The position numbers were made by a program, and so were the translations under genes. A stretch of DNA of 64,000 nt from NCBI GenBank assembly GCA_040218735.1, contig JAVJQW010000050.1, forward strand, positions 1 through 64,000, in the 5' to 3' direction. This DNA comes from Deltaproteobacteria bacterium (GTDB taxonomy: Bacteria > Myxococcota > Kuafuiibacteriia > Kuafuiibacteriales > Kuafuiibacteriaceae). The notes below the pieces were generated by a model. The model saw only the letters and a program-made list of their open reading frames with translations, made no database searches and was not told where the DNA came from. Shown here piece after piece: positions 45,935 through 57,185 of the stretch (positions are counted from its first letter, which is position 1; every line of letters begins with the position of its first letter).

Positions 45935-47389
45935 ATGAGGAATCGACCCAGGCTCGTCGTCCTGCTGCTCGCCGGAGCCGTCAGCTGCGCGGGCGGCGCA
46001 GGTGACGACATCGTCCCGCCACCGCGCGACGGCGGGTTCGTCCGTGACTCGGGCGTCATCCGCGACGCGGGCCCGGGGCGCGACGCCGGATTCAGGGACT
46101 CCGGCCGGCGACCGCGCGACGCCGGGTTCAGGGACGGCGGCCCCGGGCGCGACGGCGGCCCCGGGCGCGACGGCGGCTTCGCGTGCACGCCACCGCTCAT
46201 CGAGTGCAACTCGACTTGCGTCGACCCGTTCGCGGACCCGCTGCACTGCGGCGCCTGCGACACGACGTGCACCGCCCCCGACACCTGCCTGGTCGGGGTC
46301 TGCAGCGGCCCCCCGCTCGAGATCACGACGAGCGTCGCACCGCAGCTCATCGGCTCGGGCTGCAACGGCGCGGAGTCCCAAGCGGACACGGTTGCGATCG
46401 ATCCCGCGCACAACCTCTACGTCGCGATGCTGTGCGGGAACCGTGACGCACGCGTCGCGCGGAGCACCAACGGAGGCGTCTCGTACTCGCCAGCGGTCCC
46501 GATCGGTTTCGGCGAATCGAAGCAGGTGACGATCGTCGCCGACGGCCCCGGCGTATTACACGCGTTCGCGCAGACGACCACCAACAGCCTCCTCTACGCG
46601 CGCAGCTTCGACTTCGGCGCCACGTGGAGCGCGCCGCGTATCATCGACGGCGGTCCGATCAACTTCGGGTTCAACAGCCTCCGCGTGAACGCCGTCGCGC
46701 GCCGTGGCTACGTCGCCTCTTCGGTGATGGTCTTCGGCAACGCGATGCTGCGGGTGTACCGCAACGAGGCGTCGGGCTCCGGAGCCTTCCTGCGGACGGA
46801 AATCGGGTTCGGTTCGTGGGGCGGAAACCTAGCGCTGGATCCGGTGAACGACGACGTCCTCCTCCTGGTCGAGAGCATCGAGGAGGCGCGCGTGTACCGG
46901 AGCACGGACCGCGGCGCGTCGTTCGCGCCGATCTTCACGTCGGGCCCGCTCGCCACGGCGCCGGAGTACGTGTGGTCGCCGCCCTACGCCATCGCCGCAT
47001 GCTCCATCTACATGTTCGGGATGAAGGAACAACCGCCCTGCTTCTTTCGGCTGGACACGACGACGATGCAGTCGGCGCCCGTCGCGATTCCGACCGGGTA
47101 CATCGGCGTCTACTCACTCGGGTACGGCAGCGTGGCGCTCGGGAGCGACGGCACCGCCTATGTCGCGCTGGACGAAGGTACGGATCCGGTGGGGCCGAAG
47201 ACCGGGATGGCGATCGGGCGAATCGCTCCGGGCGCGACCGCGATCTCGGACGTCCGAATCATGACGCGCGACTACCCGACCGACCTCGAAGTGAGCACGA
47301 TCGACATGAAGATCGTCCCGGGCACGTCGGCGGCGGTCCTCACGTTCACGACCAACGCCGGGGTCTGGGCGGCGGTCGAAGTCTTCTGA
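45935..47389 (+). CDS. Lipoprotein with DAG/RDGG linker, Cys-rich repeat and BNR/Asp-box propeller
   Basis: Lipobox VSC; CVDP..DPLHCGAC; three Asp boxes (STNGGVSY, SFDFGATW, STDRGASF). Confidence 0.75.
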   Translation: MRNRPRLVVLLLAGAVSCAGGAGDDIVPPPRDGGFVRDSGVIRDAGPGRDAGFRDSGRRPRDAGFRDGGPGRDGGPGRDGGFACTPPLIECNSTCVDPFADPLHCGACDTTCTAPDTCLVGVCSGPPLEITTSVAPQLIGSGCNGAESQADTVAIDPAHNLYVAMLCGNRDARVARSTNGGVSYSPAVPIGFGESKQVTIVADGPGVLHAFAQTTTNSLLYARSFDFGATWSAPRIIDGGPINFGFNSLRVNAVARRGYVASSVMVFGNAMLRVYRNEASGSGAFLRTEIGFGSWGGNLALDPVNDDVLLLVESIEEARVYRSTDRGASFAPIFTSGPLATAPEYVWSPPYAIAACSIYMFGMKEQPPCFFRLDTTTMQSAPVAIPTGYIGVYSLGYGSVALGSDGTAYVALDEGTDPVGPKTGMAIGRIAPGATAISDVRIMTRDYPTDLEVSTIDMKIVPGTSAAVLTFTTNAGVWAAVEVF

Positions 47390-47390
47390 T

Positions 47391-50300
47391 TCAGGGGCTG
47401 CGGTAGGCGATCCGAACCGCGAGCCGATCCAAACGCACCGACGGCGAGTGGCCGGCGCCGAGGCTGGCGTTCGGTGTGATCGCCACGTCGAGGCTGGGCT
47501 CGAGCGAACGCACGAGCGCCGCGGCGTCGCTCCCCGACGCCGAGGCTTCGAAGCGCGCGGGCGCGTCGGTCGTCGCGGCATCACCCCCGAGGGATCGCCA
47601 CGCTCCGCGCTGGTGATCCCAGACGCGTGACGCCACGCCCTCGACGGTCGCGCCCCCCACCGCTTCGAAGCCACGTCCACCGGCGGCAGCCTCGACGGTC
47701 ACGCCGACGACGGTCCCGCGGACCGCGGCGCGCGCGAGGTCGAACCGCACCGTGACCGCGGGGCGGTTGTCGGGGTCGACGTCGAGGACCCTCAGGTTGC
47801 CCGCCCCCACTTGGCTCGGGTTGGCGATGGGCGCCATGATGCGCTTGCGCCGCGGGTCGTACGCGGGTTCGAGGGCGGCAAATCCCGTCGGTTTGGCGCC
47901 GACGGTGGCGCGGGGTTCGAAGACGAACGCCCGCAGCTCGTACAGGTCGGCTTCGACCCCGTCGAAGCCCGCTCGGTAGGTCTTGTCGCGGAGCGGATCG
48001 CGAAAGCCGACGCCCCACCCCGTCCACGGCACCAACAGCGGCTGCTGCGTCCACACGCCGGACTGGAAGACGTTCCAGAACCCGTCGAGCCCGACGTAGG
48101 TCGTCGTCAGGAAGCGGTTCGGCGTCGGCTCGTACAACAACGTGCTTTCGCCCGTCGGTTCGTCGCCGGACCAGATCAACTGCCACCGGACCCCGTTCCA
48201 GCTCCAGAGTGCCCCACCGACCCCACCGCTGGCCGTAAACGTCTCGAACGCGAGCGCGACGACCTCCTGCCGGCTCGTGTCGAAGGCCAAGATGTTCCCG
48301 GCGATGCCCGCCGGGCCCGGATCCGGGTCCTCGACGTAGCGCCACGCGCGACCGTCGTGGAGGAACAGGCCGACCAGCGACTCCGCGATTTTCGCGAACA
48401 TGACGGCCTCGCCGCGCACCGGGTCGTACACCATCGCGGACGGCTGCCCGATCGTCGGCTCGACCGACACAAGGCGCCAACCTCCATCGTCCCAGGTCCA
48501 CGTCTCGCCCACGTTTGCGGGCGGCACGTAGCTCGTATGCACGAGCACGGCGTCGAGCCCCGCGTGATACGTCGCGGAAGCGCCGTTGCCCGGCTCGAAG
48601 GCCGTGGTGAGGCGTGCGTCGGACGGCGTGCGATCGAACCACCCCTGTTCGGAGACACGCCACGTCTTCGACGGCGCCGCGGCCGCTCCGAGGGCCGCGC
48701 CGCTCACGACGATCACGTCGTCGAGCGCACCGTGCGTCGCGGCGACGATCCCCGACCCGCTCGGCGTCCCCGCCTGCGTCGCCGTCTGCGTCCAGCCCGT
48801 CCCGTCCCACCACCACGCGTCGTCGAGCCCCGGCTCCGCGAGGCAGCGCTGGTTCGGCTCCGAGGTGACGCCGCCGAGCACACCGACCGCGCCCGACTCG
48901 GGGTCGTAGACCATCGTGTGGCACGCGCGCGCGGACGGCCACGGCGTCGTCCGCGGCACCTCGCTCCAGGCTGCGCCGTCCCAGACCCACAGATCGTCGA
49001 GGGCGGCGCGGCCGCGCGCCGAAGTAATGCCGCCGAACATCACCACGCCCAGCCCCGGCGCGTAGACCATCGCGTGACGATCGCGCGCCGGCGGCGCATT
49101 CGCCTCGGTGCGGTCGACCCAGCGCAGGGTCGGCGTCGTCGTCGACGCGCTGACCTCCAACGTCCACGTGTCCGCGAGCCCCGTACCGAACTGCCCCGCA
49201 GCCGCGAGCGAAGACTCGTTCCCTCCGAACACGACGAGCGCGCCGACGGCTTCGTCGTACGCGACGGCGTGCCCGTTGCGGCTCGGCGGCTCGGCCCCCG
49301 GCGCGACGCCGATCTCACCCCAGCGCTCGCCGCTCCAGCCGTACGCGACGAGCCGATCGACGCTCCCCGGACCGAGCGGCGGGGGCTGGTCGGGGACGAG
49401 GCGTCGGCACACGAGCACGCTCCGCCCGTAACGTCCGTGGAACGCGAAGTGCCCGAAGGCTTCCTCACCGTCCAGGCTCCCATCCTGACACCGCGGCGCC
49501 GCGCCGCTCGTCACGAACGTCGTCCACGTACGGCCGTCGAACTCCCACGTCTCGTTGCGGACCTCGTCGCCAAAGCGTCCGCCGAGGAGCACCGTGCGTG
49601 CGCGCGCCGCATCGTACGCGGTGCCCGCGAACCGGACCTCGTCGGGGAGCGGCGTCCGCGCCGCCGCTATCTCCGTCCACCGCAGCGGATGGTCGACGAC
49701 GGGACCCACGCCGTCCTCCAGCGCGAGCCCCGTGCCGTCGCCCACGGGTGTGACGCCTGCGAAGTCCCGGCGGAGCGAACGCGGTAATCTCTCCATCGCG
49801 TAGACCTCGGTCGGCGGGCCCGCGCCCTCGACCGCGGCCGGCACGGTGAGCACCGTGTTGCGCACGCGCGCCGCCGTCCCGTTGGCGTCGTGCAAGTTGC
49901 CCGACGGGTCGACGAGGAGGACGTAGACCTCGGCGCGATCGAACGGCGCGAGCGCGACCTCGAAGCTGCCGTCGGCGAGCGCCACCGCGACGCCGGCGCG
50001 ATTCGCCCGCTCGACGCCATCCACCAGCGCTCGGGCCGCGTCGTAGACCACCACCCGCGTGCCGGGCTCGACGGTACCCGCCGAGCCGCGCACGACGTAG
50101 CGAGGCGCCGGATCGTCGAACGTCCCCCAGGGCGCGCGCTCGTAGACGATGCGCTCGGCGTCGTCCACGTCCGGCGCCGCGGGTGGGACGTCGTCCACCT
50201 CGTACTCGAGGCTCGGCGACGCAAACGGCGAAGCGTTGCCGGCGGCGTCCCTACCCGTGACGAGCGGTCGCTGGACGCCAGGCGGATCGTCGCCGACCGT

Positions 50301-51197
50301 CCTTTCGAAGATCCACGCGCCGAACTCGGTGGTCACGTAGTCGAACGGGAGCTCCGAGCCCGCGAGTCGAACCGTCGGGGTAGACGTGACGGTCTCGTTG
50401 AACGTGAACGTGAGCCGGACCGTCGTGCCGACGCCGGCGGCGGTCGGCACCACGATCGCCCCCGGCGCTTCGAACGCGACGGACGCGGATCCGCCGAGCA
50501 CCGCGGGCGGCGTCGTGTCGAGCACGATGGTGGTGGAGGTGCTGCTCGACGTGTAGCCGGCGTCGTCGATCAGTCGCACGAACACCGCGCGGGTCCCGTC
50601 GGCGCAGCCGCCGGTGTTCTCGCAGTCGAGCTCCAGATCGTACGGCACTTCGTGGACGCGGGCGTCGGGCTGGAGCGCCACCCTCGCGCGACGGAACGAC
50701 AGGCTCGGGTCCTGCGCCACGACCGCTTCGACCACCCGCGCGCGGTCCGCCTCGATGCGCAGCGTGAGCTGCGAGCTCGCGACGGCCCCGCCGCTGACGT
50801 CTGCGACGGACAACGCCGTGATGCGCGGTACACGACGGAGCGGGATCGCGACGTTCACCCGGATGGACCGACCGACGATCAAGTCGAACGGTTCCGACAC
50901 GCCGTAGGCGATCACCGCGGACGTCTCGGCCGAAGCCCCGTCGCGCACTTCGAGCCGCGCGACCCTCCCCTCGCCGTGCGCGATCGACAGCTGAATCGGC
51001 GCGTCGACGGAGGCCTCGCGCACGGCCCCGCCGAGGACCGCTCCGCTCGGGTCACGGACCTGCGTGTGGAAGTAGAGTCCGGTGAGATCGTCGGGGAGCT
51101 CGCCGCCGATCGAAAACGACAGCGACACCACGCCCTCGCTACGACAGCCCAACGTCGCCGTGAAGGCGAGCGCGGCGAGGAGCACCCCGCGAGACAC
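47391..51197 (-). CDS. Large lipoprotein with Ig-like and Kelch-type beta-propeller domains
   Basis: Lipobox LGC; repeated R..HAM(V/A)YD...VV.FGG...D(T/L)W.WDG..W. Confidence 0.8.
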   Translation of the reverse strand: MSRGVLLAALAFTATLGCRSEGVVSLSFSIGGELPDDLTGLYFHTQVRDPSGAVLGGAVREASVDAPIQLSIAHGEGRVARLEVRDGASAETSAVIAYGVSEPFDLIVGRSIRVNVAIPLRRVPRITALSVADVSGGAVASSQLTLRIEADRARVVEAVVAQDPSLSFRRARVALQPDARVHEVPYDLELDCENTGGCADGTRAVFVRLIDDAGYTSSSTSTTIVLDTTPPAVLGGSASVAFEAPGAIVVPTAAGVGTTVRLTFTFNETVTSTPTVRLAGSELPFDYVTTEFGAWIFERTVGDDPPGVQRPLVTGRDAAGNASPFASPSLEYEVDDVPPAAPDVDDAERIVYERAPWGTFDDPAPRYVVRGSAGTVEPGTRVVVYDAARALVDGVERANRAGVAVALADGSFEVALAPFDRAEVYVLLVDPSGNLHDANGTAARVRNTVLTVPAAVEGAGPPTEVYAMERLPRSLRRDFAGVTPVGDGTGLALEDGVGPVVDHPLRWTEIAAARTPLPDEVRFAGTAYDAARARTVLLGGRFGDEVRNETWEFDGRTWTTFVTSGAAPRCQDGSLDGEEAFGHFAFHGRYGRSVLVCRRLVPDQPPPLGPGSVDRLVAYGWSGERWGEIGVAPGAEPPSRNGHAVAYDEAVGALVVFGGNESSLAAAGQFGTGLADTWTLEVSASTTTPTLRWVDRTEANAPPARDRHAMVYAPGLGVVMFGGITSARGRAALDDLWVWDGAAWSEVPRTTPWPSARACHTMVYDPESGAVGVLGGVTSEPNQRCLAEPGLDDAWWWDGTGWTQTATQAGTPSGSGIVAATHGALDDVIVVSGAALGAAAAPSKTWRVSEQGWFDRTPSDARLTTAFEPGNGASATYHAGLDAVLVHTSYVPPANVGETWTWDDGGWRLVSVEPTIGQPSAMVYDPVRGEAVMFAKIAESLVGLFLHDGRAWRYVEDPDPGPAGIAGNILAFDTSRQEVVALAFETFTASGGVGGALWSWNGVRWQLIWSGDEPTGESTLLYEPTPNRFLTTTYVGLDGFWNVFQSGVWTQQPLLVPWTGWGVGFRDPLRDKTYRAGFDGVEADLYELRAFVFEPRATVGAKPTGFAALEPAYDPRRKRIMAPIANPSQVGAGNLRVLDVDPDNRPAVTVRFDLARAAVRGTVVGVTVEAAAGGRGFEAVGGATVEGVASRVWDHQRGAWRSLGGDAATTDAPARFEASASGSDAAALVRSLEPSLDVAITPNASLGAGHSPSVRLDRLAVRIAYRSP

Positions 51198-51243
51198 CGC
51201 CCCAAGTCTTAACGCGCAGCCCAGGTGACGCCAAGCCGTCGCC

Positions 51244-51924
51244 TCAGCGCTGCCAGCGACCGCCCGGGAGCAGGTACTTCAGCGCACCCGCGAGGTCCGC
51301 TTCGATGCGGTCCGGGTCGGCCGCGATCTGTTTGTCCTTGGTGCGGTGGCCGCCTTCGAGGAGCCAGACCTCGAAGCCCAGCGCGCGTGCCGCTTTCACG
51401 TCCGTCTCGGTGTCGCCGATCCACAGCGACTCCACCGGAGGGATCCGGTAGCGGTTCTTCACCAGCTGCGCCTTGTGTTTCCACCGCCCGTCCGGATCCG
51501 GGCGTCGCCCCTTCTTGGGGACGCCGGAGAGGATGGTGACGAAGTACTTCGACAGCCCCATCGACGCGACTTGGCTCTCCAGGTTCGTCGGGTCGCGCCG
51601 CAACGTGACCAACACGATCGGCGTCTTCGTGTAGAGCTTCCCGAGCGCCGTCTCGACGCCGGGGCGGAGGGTGTCGAGCGTCAGCAGCTCCGGGGTCTCG
51701 AGTCGCTCCTCGAAGCGCTCCTGGTAGACCTTGTACCGCGGCGGGAACAGCCGCGACCGCTTACAGATGTCCTGCCACGGTTTGTCCTCCAGCCGCAGGC
51801 CCCAGTACTCCTTCTTCGGGATCGCCTTGCCCTTGATCTCGGTCGACTCGATCACGTCGACGTACGCCGCGTAGTGCCGCGCGCTGTCGTCGATCAGGGT
51901 CCCATCGAAGTCGAGGAACAGCAC
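51244..51924 (-). CDS. HAD-superfamily hydrolase
   Basis: FLDFDGTL motif I; IGDTETDVKAA motif IV. Confidence 0.88.
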   Translation of the reverse strand: MLFLDFDGTLIDDSARHYAAYVDVIESTEIKGKAIPKKEYWGLRLEDKPWQDICKRSRLFPPRYKVYQERFEERLETPELLTLDTLRPGVETALGKLYTKTPIVLVTLRRDPTNLESQVASMGLSKYFVTILSGVPKKGRRPDPDGRWKHKAQLVKNRYRIPPVESLWIGDTETDVKAARALGFEVWLLEGGHRTKDKQIAADPDRIEADLAGALKYLLPGGRWQR

Positions 51925-51927
51925 GAC

Positions 51928-53217
51928 TCAGCTCCCCACCGCACGGTTGAGCGCACGGTGCGCGATGTCCTTGCGATACTGCATCCCGTCCCACGCGATC
52001 TCATTCACCGCGCGGTACGCGGTCTGCGTCGCCGCGAGCAGGTCGTCGCCGAGCGCCGTCACGCCCAACACACGGCCGCCCGCGGTGAGGATCTCGTCGC
52101 CCTCGGCGCGTGTCCCTGCGTGGAAGACCGTCACACCCTCGATCGCGGACGCCGCGGCGAGCCCGCGAATCACGTCGCCCTTCTTGGGGGACGTCGGGTA
52201 GCCCTCCGCGGCGAGCACGACGCACGTCGCAGCCTGGGCGCTCGCCGCGATCGTCGGACGCTCCCGTTCGTGCAGCTCGCCCGACGCCGCCGCGACGAAG
52301 AGCGCGTAAGCGTCCTCGTCGAGCCGCGGCAGGAGAACTTGCGCCTCCGGATCACCGAAGCGGACGTTGTACTCCAGCACCCGCGGCCCGTCCGCCGTCA
52401 GCATCAGCCCCGCGTACAACACCCCCGAGAACGGCGTCCCGCGCGAAGCCATGCAGTCGACGATCGGCTTCAGGCACGACTCGGTGACCTCGGCGAGCAG
52501 CGCGTCGGTCCCACGCGGCGCCGGCGAGTACGCCCCCATGCCACCGGTGTTCGGCCCCTCGTCGCCGTCGTAGGCACGTTTGTGGTCCTGCGAAGGGGCG
52601 AACAACGACACCGTCTTGCCGTCGGCCAGCGCGATCACCGACAGCTCCTCGCCCTCCAACCGTTCCTCGACGATCAGCTGCCGACCCGCTTCGCCGAACT
52701 TGCCGCCCAGCGTCTCGCGGATCGCCGCTTCGGCTTCGTCGATCGACGCGGCGACCACGACGCCCTTCCCCGCCGCGAGCCCGTCGGCCTTCACCACGGC
52801 GCCCGGCAGCGTGCGCGCGAACCCCACGGCGGCGTCGGCCTCGTCGAAGCGCCCCCACCGCGCGGTGGGCACCTTCGCCTCGTCCATCACGGTCTTCGCG
52901 AACGCCTTGCTCCCCTCGAGCTCCGCCGCCGCCCGACTCGGACCGAGCACCAAGATCCCCTCCGCGCGACACCGGTCCGCGAGCCCCGCGACGAGCGGCG
53001 CCTCCGGCCCGACCACGACGAGGTCGATCCCCTCCTGGCGCGCAAAGGCGACGAGGCCATCGACGTCACCGACCGAAATCGAGACACACGTCGCGACCGC
53101 TTCGATGCCCGCGTTGCCGGGCGCCGCGAACACCTTCGGGGCGCTCGGCGACCGCACGAGCGCGTCTACGAGCGCGTGTTCGCGCCCTCCTCCTCCGACC
53201 ACGAGAACCGACGGCAT
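51928..53217 (-). CDS. purD: Phosphoribosylamine-glycine ligase
   Basis: VGGGGREHAL, APGNAG, KADGLAAGKGV, QDHKRAYDGDEGPNTGGMG, EYNVRFGDPE. Confidence 0.98.
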   Translation of the reverse strand: MPSVLVVGGGGREHALVDALVRSPSAPKVFAAPGNAGIEAVATCVSISVGDVDGLVAFARQEGIDLVVVGPEAPLVAGLADRCRAEGILVLGPSRAAAELEGSKAFAKTVMDEAKVPTARWGRFDEADAAVGFARTLPGAVVKADGLAAGKGVVVAASIDEAEAAIRETLGGKFGEAGRQLIVEERLEGEELSVIALADGKTVSLFAPSQDHKRAYDGDEGPNTGGMGAYSPAPRGTDALLAEVTESCLKPIVDCMASRGTPFSGVLYAGLMLTADGPRVLEYNVRFGDPEAQVLLPRLDEDAYALFVAAASGELHERERPTIAASAQAATCVVLAAEGYPTSPKKGDVIRGLAAASAIEGVTVFHAGTRAEGDEILTAGGRVLGVTALGDDLLAATQTAYRAVNEIAWDGMQYRKDIAHRALNRAVGS

Positions 53218-53288
53218 GGTGGACTTGATCGGCGCTCGTCCCGACGAGGTCAAGCATCGCAAGGGTCGGCCGATGAGAGAGGTCGGCC

Positions 53289-54446
53289 GTGTCCGCATCG
53301 TCCCACCGCACCGCTGCGCAGCTCGCCGCGGTGAGCCACGAGCTGCGCGGCCCCCTGAGCGGTGTCGCGAGCCTCGCGACGCTCCTCCTCGACGAAGGCG
53401 GCCTCAGCGCTCGGCAGACCCAGCTCGTACGCATCCTGGAGCGCTCCGCCGAAGACCTGGTCCGCCTCCTCGACGACCGCCTGACCTTCGAGAAGCTGGC
53501 GGCGCAGGCGGTCGAGCTCGAGCCACGCGCCTTCGACCTCGCGCGGAAGATCGACGACCTCGTGACCCTCCTCGGCGCGGCGTTCGGCTCCCAACGCACC
53601 GCCCTCCGCGTCGACTACCCGGACGCCGTTCCGCGGCTCTTCGTCACGGACCCGACCCGCCTCGGCCAAGTCCTGACGAACCTCCTCACCAACGCGCTGA
53701 AGTTCACGCCCTGCGGCGCCGTCACGATCCGTGTCCGCTACACGCCGAGGCTCGACGACGAAGGCGACCTCACCCTCCAGGTGATCGACACCGGCATCGG
53801 CATCCCCGCCGATCGGCGCAGCACGCTCTTCGAGCCGTACACCCAAGCGGAGGCCGCGACGACCCGCCGCTACGGCGGCACCGGCCTCGGCCTCGCCATC
53901 ACCGGGCACGTCGTCGCCGCGCTCGGCGGCACCATCGACGTCGACAGCCACGCGGGCGGCGGGTCCCTCTTCACCGTCCGCCTCCCGGTCCAGCTCGCCG
54001 ACACCCCGACGCTCCCCACGCGCGACATCGCGATCGACGCCAAGCTCGGCGCCGGAACCCGCGCGCTGGTCGTGGACGACGACGCGCTGTCCCTGTACGT
54101 CGCCGAGGAGCTGCTGCTCGCCTTCGGCTGCGAGGTCTACACCGCGGACGACGCCGAGAGCGCACGCGCGCTCCTTCGCCAACAGCCCGTCGATCTGGTG
54201 TTCCTCGACGGCCACCTCCCCGACGCGTGTGGCTACGACACGGGCCGCGAGCTGCGCGCGCGCTTCGGTGACGCGCTCCGCATCGTGGCGCTCACCGGCG
54301 AACGTGAGCAGGAGGGACGCGTGCGCGCACGCGACGCGGGCCTGGACGCCCACGTCGCCAAACCGGTGACGCCCGAGAGCCTCGAAGCGGTGCTGACCCG
54401 GTTCTCGGTCAGAGCCCGGCCGCCAGCAGCGTCCGACGCAGCGTGA
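53289..54446 (+). CDS. Cytoplasmic hybrid histidine kinase (HisKA-HATPase-REC) with no sensor domain
   Basis: SHELRGPL, QVLTNLLTNALKFT, DTGIGI, GGTGLGL; REC LVVDDD...VFLDGHLP...KP. Confidence 0.9.
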   Translation: MSASSHRTAAQLAAVSHELRGPLSGVASLATLLLDEGGLSARQTQLVRILERSAEDLVRLLDDRLTFEKLAAQAVELEPRAFDLARKIDDLVTLLGAAFGSQRTALRVDYPDAVPRLFVTDPTRLGQVLTNLLTNALKFTPCGAVTIRVRYTPRLDDEGDLTLQVIDTGIGIPADRRSTLFEPYTQAEAATTRRYGGTGLGLAITGHVVAALGGTIDVDSHAGGGSLFTVRLPVQLADTPTLPTRDIAIDAKLGAGTRALVVDDDALSLYVAEELLLAFGCEVYTADDAESARALLRQQPVDLVFLDGHLPDACGYDTGRELRARFGDALRIVALTGEREQEGRVRARDAGLDAHVAKPVTPESLEAVLTRFSVRARPPAASDAA

Positions 54447-57162
54447 GGCTGTTCGGGTTCACGCGGAACGCCGTCTCCAGCTCACCGATCGCCGTGTTCC
54501 GGTTGGACCCTTCGAGGTCCATCGCCGCCAGCTCGACCTTCGCCGCGAGCAGCCCGGGGTTGCTGCGCAGCGCGGAGCCGAACTCGGTGCGCGCCTGTCG
54601 CTCCTTGCTCTGCTTCGCGAACGCACGCGCCTGCAGCAGCGAGCCGAGCGCGCTCCCGCGTTCGACCGCCTGCATCTTCGCTGTCGCCTGCACGGCCGTC
54701 GCCGCGTCGCCGCGGTCCAACGCGAGCTGCGCCTTGTACAGCAGCGCCGCGACGTTCGAGCCGTCGATCCGCAACGCGCGGTCCACGGCGGTGCGCGCCT
54801 GCGCGACGTCACCCATGTGGTAGTACAGGATCGCCATCGACGAGCTCGCGACCGAAGCGTTGCGCTCCTCCGTCGCCGAGCGCCGGAACTGATCGATCGC
54901 CTCCTTCACCGCGACGTCGAGCCACGACAGCAGCCCCTTCCGCGCCCGCGAGCGCGCCTCGTCGGGATCGACCTCCGCCGCCTGGCGCATCGAAGCGTAA
55001 GCCTGCGGCGACGCCCCCATCGACAGGAACACACCGGAGAGGATCCCGCGCAGCCGCGGATCCCGCGGGTCGTTCTGCACCGCCGTCTCGAGCGCCTTCA
55101 CCGCGGACTCCCGCGCGCCCTGCGCGACGAACGCCCGCGCCTGGAGCACCAGGGCGGCCGGCTCGCCGGGGCGGGCGTTCAACGCACGCCGCGCGTACGC
55201 GTGCGCGGTGGTCGCAGAGTTGGTCATCAGCGCCGCCTCGCCCCGCACGAGGAGTGAGACCGCGTCCTTCGGCGCGTACGACAGCGCCTTATCGGCGAGC
55301 ACCACGGCACGCTCCGGACGACGTCGCGACAGCTCGGCGCGCGCCCAACCACCGTACGCGCGCGCCGCGCGGCTGCCGTACATCGGTCGGTCCTGCGTCG
55401 CGGCGTCGTAAGCGCGGATCGCCTGCGTCGTCTGGCGCTCCTCCATCTTCAGCTCGGCGAGCGCGATCAGCGCGGCCTGTTTGTCACCCTCCAGGCTGCT
55501 CGCCTTGGTGTACGCGGCCTCCGCCTGCTCCAACATCGCGAGCTCGCGGTACAGGTCACCGAGGTTGCGGTTCACGACCGCATTCTCCGGGTCGACCTCC
55601 AAGCGCTTCTCGAGCATGTCGATCGCCGTCGCGTAGTGACCGACGCGCGCGTTTGCCAGCGCGAGGAAACGCTCCGCGCGCCGCAGCTCGGGACGGTACC
55701 GATGCGCCGCCGACGCCTCGGTGATCGCGAGCTGAACGTTGCCCTCCAGGTAACACTCGGCGAGCAGCAGCCGCGCGCGTGCGTCGGTGGAGTTCTTCTC
55801 GATCGCCTTGTCCGCGTTGGAGCGACAGTTCGGGAGGTCGCCCTTCGCGAGCGCGACCGAACCGAGCGCGCGATAACCGTCCGGGAGATCCGAGGCGATG
55901 TCGATCGCGTACTGCGCCGCCGCCTCCGCCACGCGCCGCTCCTTGACCGACGCGCTGTCGAAGCGCCACACCGCGAGGTTCTCGACGTACCCCGCGATCG
56001 CGCGTGCGTCCGACTCGTCGAGCAACAGCGCCCGCTCGTACGCCTGCTCCGCCTGCTGGTACCCGTTCCAGGTGTCCTCCAGGTGCCGCGTCCGCGCGGT
56101 GACGAGGTGCTCGTCCGCGGTCCCGCTCACGTCGGGGTGCGCGAGCCGCCAGTTTGCGACGTATCGTTTGAGGGGGTTGGGCCCCGTCGGACCGAGCGCC
56201 GTCGGCCCGGCCACGATGCCCTGATAGATGCGCTCGATCAGATCGCGCTGCGAGTACGCGACGAACCCGAGCCCGCCGATCACCGCGAGCACGATCAGCG
56301 GCGTGACGATGCGCGACAGATCCATCGACCGCCGCGGCGCTGCGTAGCTCCCCTTCGGCGCGACGGAGACCTGCCCGCCGACGGACAGACTCGCGAGGTA
56401 CGCGATCTCCTTGAAGCGCCCGATCGGTGCGAAATTGATCCCGTCGTTCGAGAAGTCCGCCGACGGCGACAGCTCACCCGAGCGCACGCGCGCGCGGAGG
56501 TCCTCAAGCGTCAACGGCCCTTCCGTTCGCCCGTCCGGCGTTCGAACGTGCCAGTTCGCGACGGACGGTGCGGCCGGGCCGTCGTCGATGTCGGCGCTGC
56601 GGCGGTCGCGCTGGTGCGCCTCACACAGCCCGATCACCTTGTCGAACTCGTCCGTCAGCGGCGTGCCGCACACCTGACAGGACGCGTCCGGCTCGTCGAA
56701 CGGCTGGCCTCCGCCGCTCGTCATGCCCGGCGGCGGCGGCGGGATGTTGCCGCTGTCGTGGGGCACGGACAGATCCGACGCGAGCGACGCGCCACCCTGC
56801 GGCGGCGACGACGGAAACGCCGCGGGCACCGTGGGCTCCTGGCTCCCCCCGAAGGGCGAGCCACCACCGAACGGCGACGCGCCGAACGGTGAAGCGCTCT
56901 CACCCCCGAAGGGCGGAGGCGCACCACCTCCGGACGGGCCACCGCCTCCGGGCGGACCACCACCGAACGGAACGGAGTCGAAGTCTCCGATCTGCCCCGG
57001 CGCCGACGGCGGCGGGGGTGGCGGCGGCGACGCCGAGGCGTCTCCACGTTTCACCAACTTCACGTGTCCGCAGTACGGACACTGGGCACCGATCGGCTGA
57101 TCCGACAGCTGACTGTCGTCGATCGTGTAGGTCGCGTTACAGACCTCGCACTCGATCCTCAT
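54409..57162 (-). CDS. Zinc-ribbon/GYF_2/TM/TPR protein
   Basis: N-terminal CEVC...CPYC ribbon; Pro/Gly linker; WHVR...GP (GYF_2); TM helix; many TPRs. Confidence 0.85.
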   Translation of the reverse strand: MRIECEVCNATYTIDDSQLSDQPIGAQCPYCGHVKLVKRGDASASPPPPPPPSAPGQIGDFDSVPFGGGPPGGGGPSGGGAPPPFGGESASPFGASPFGGGSPFGGSQEPTVPAAFPSSPPQGGASLASDLSVPHDSGNIPPPPPGMTSGGGQPFDEPDASCQVCGTPLTDEFDKVIGLCEAHQRDRRSADIDDGPAAPSVANWHVRTPDGRTEGPLTLEDLRARVRSGELSPSADFSNDGINFAPIGRFKEIAYLASLSVGGQVSVAPKGSYAAPRRSMDLSRIVTPLIVLAVIGGLGFVAYSQRDLIERIYQGIVAGPTALGPTGPNPLKRYVANWRLAHPDVSGTADEHLVTARTRHLEDTWNGYQQAEQAYERALLLDESDARAIAGYVENLAVWRFDSASVKERRVAEAAAQYAIDIASDLPDGYRALGSVALAKGDLPNCRSNADKAIEKNSTDARARLLLAECYLEGNVQLAITEASAAHRYRPELRRAERFLALANARVGHYATAIDMLEKRLEVDPENAVVNRNLGDLYRELAMLEQAEAAYTKASSLEGDKQAALIALAELKMEERQTTQAIRAYDAATQDRPMYGSRAARAYGGWARAELSRRRPERAVVLADKALSYAPKDAVSLLVRGEAALMTNSATTAHAYARRALNARPGEPAALVLQARAFVAQGARESAVKALETAVQNDPRDPRLRGILSGVFLSMGASPQAYASMRQAAEVDPDEARSRARKGLLSWLDVAVKEAIDQFRRSATEERNASVASSSMAILYYHMGDVAQARTAVDRALRIDGSNVAALLYKAQLALDRGDAATAVQATAKMQAVERGSALGSLLQARAFAKQSKERQARTEFGSALRSNPGLLAAKVELAAMDLEGSNRNTAIGELETAFRVNPNSLTLRRTLLAAGL

Positions 57163-57185
57163 CTACGAACTCCCGCCTCCACCAC

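Noticed and set aside
46024-46180. cgcgacggcggccccggg-type tandem repeats
   Set aside because: In-frame RDGG/RDAG linker of a lipoprotein, like the DAG linkers elsewhere in the window.
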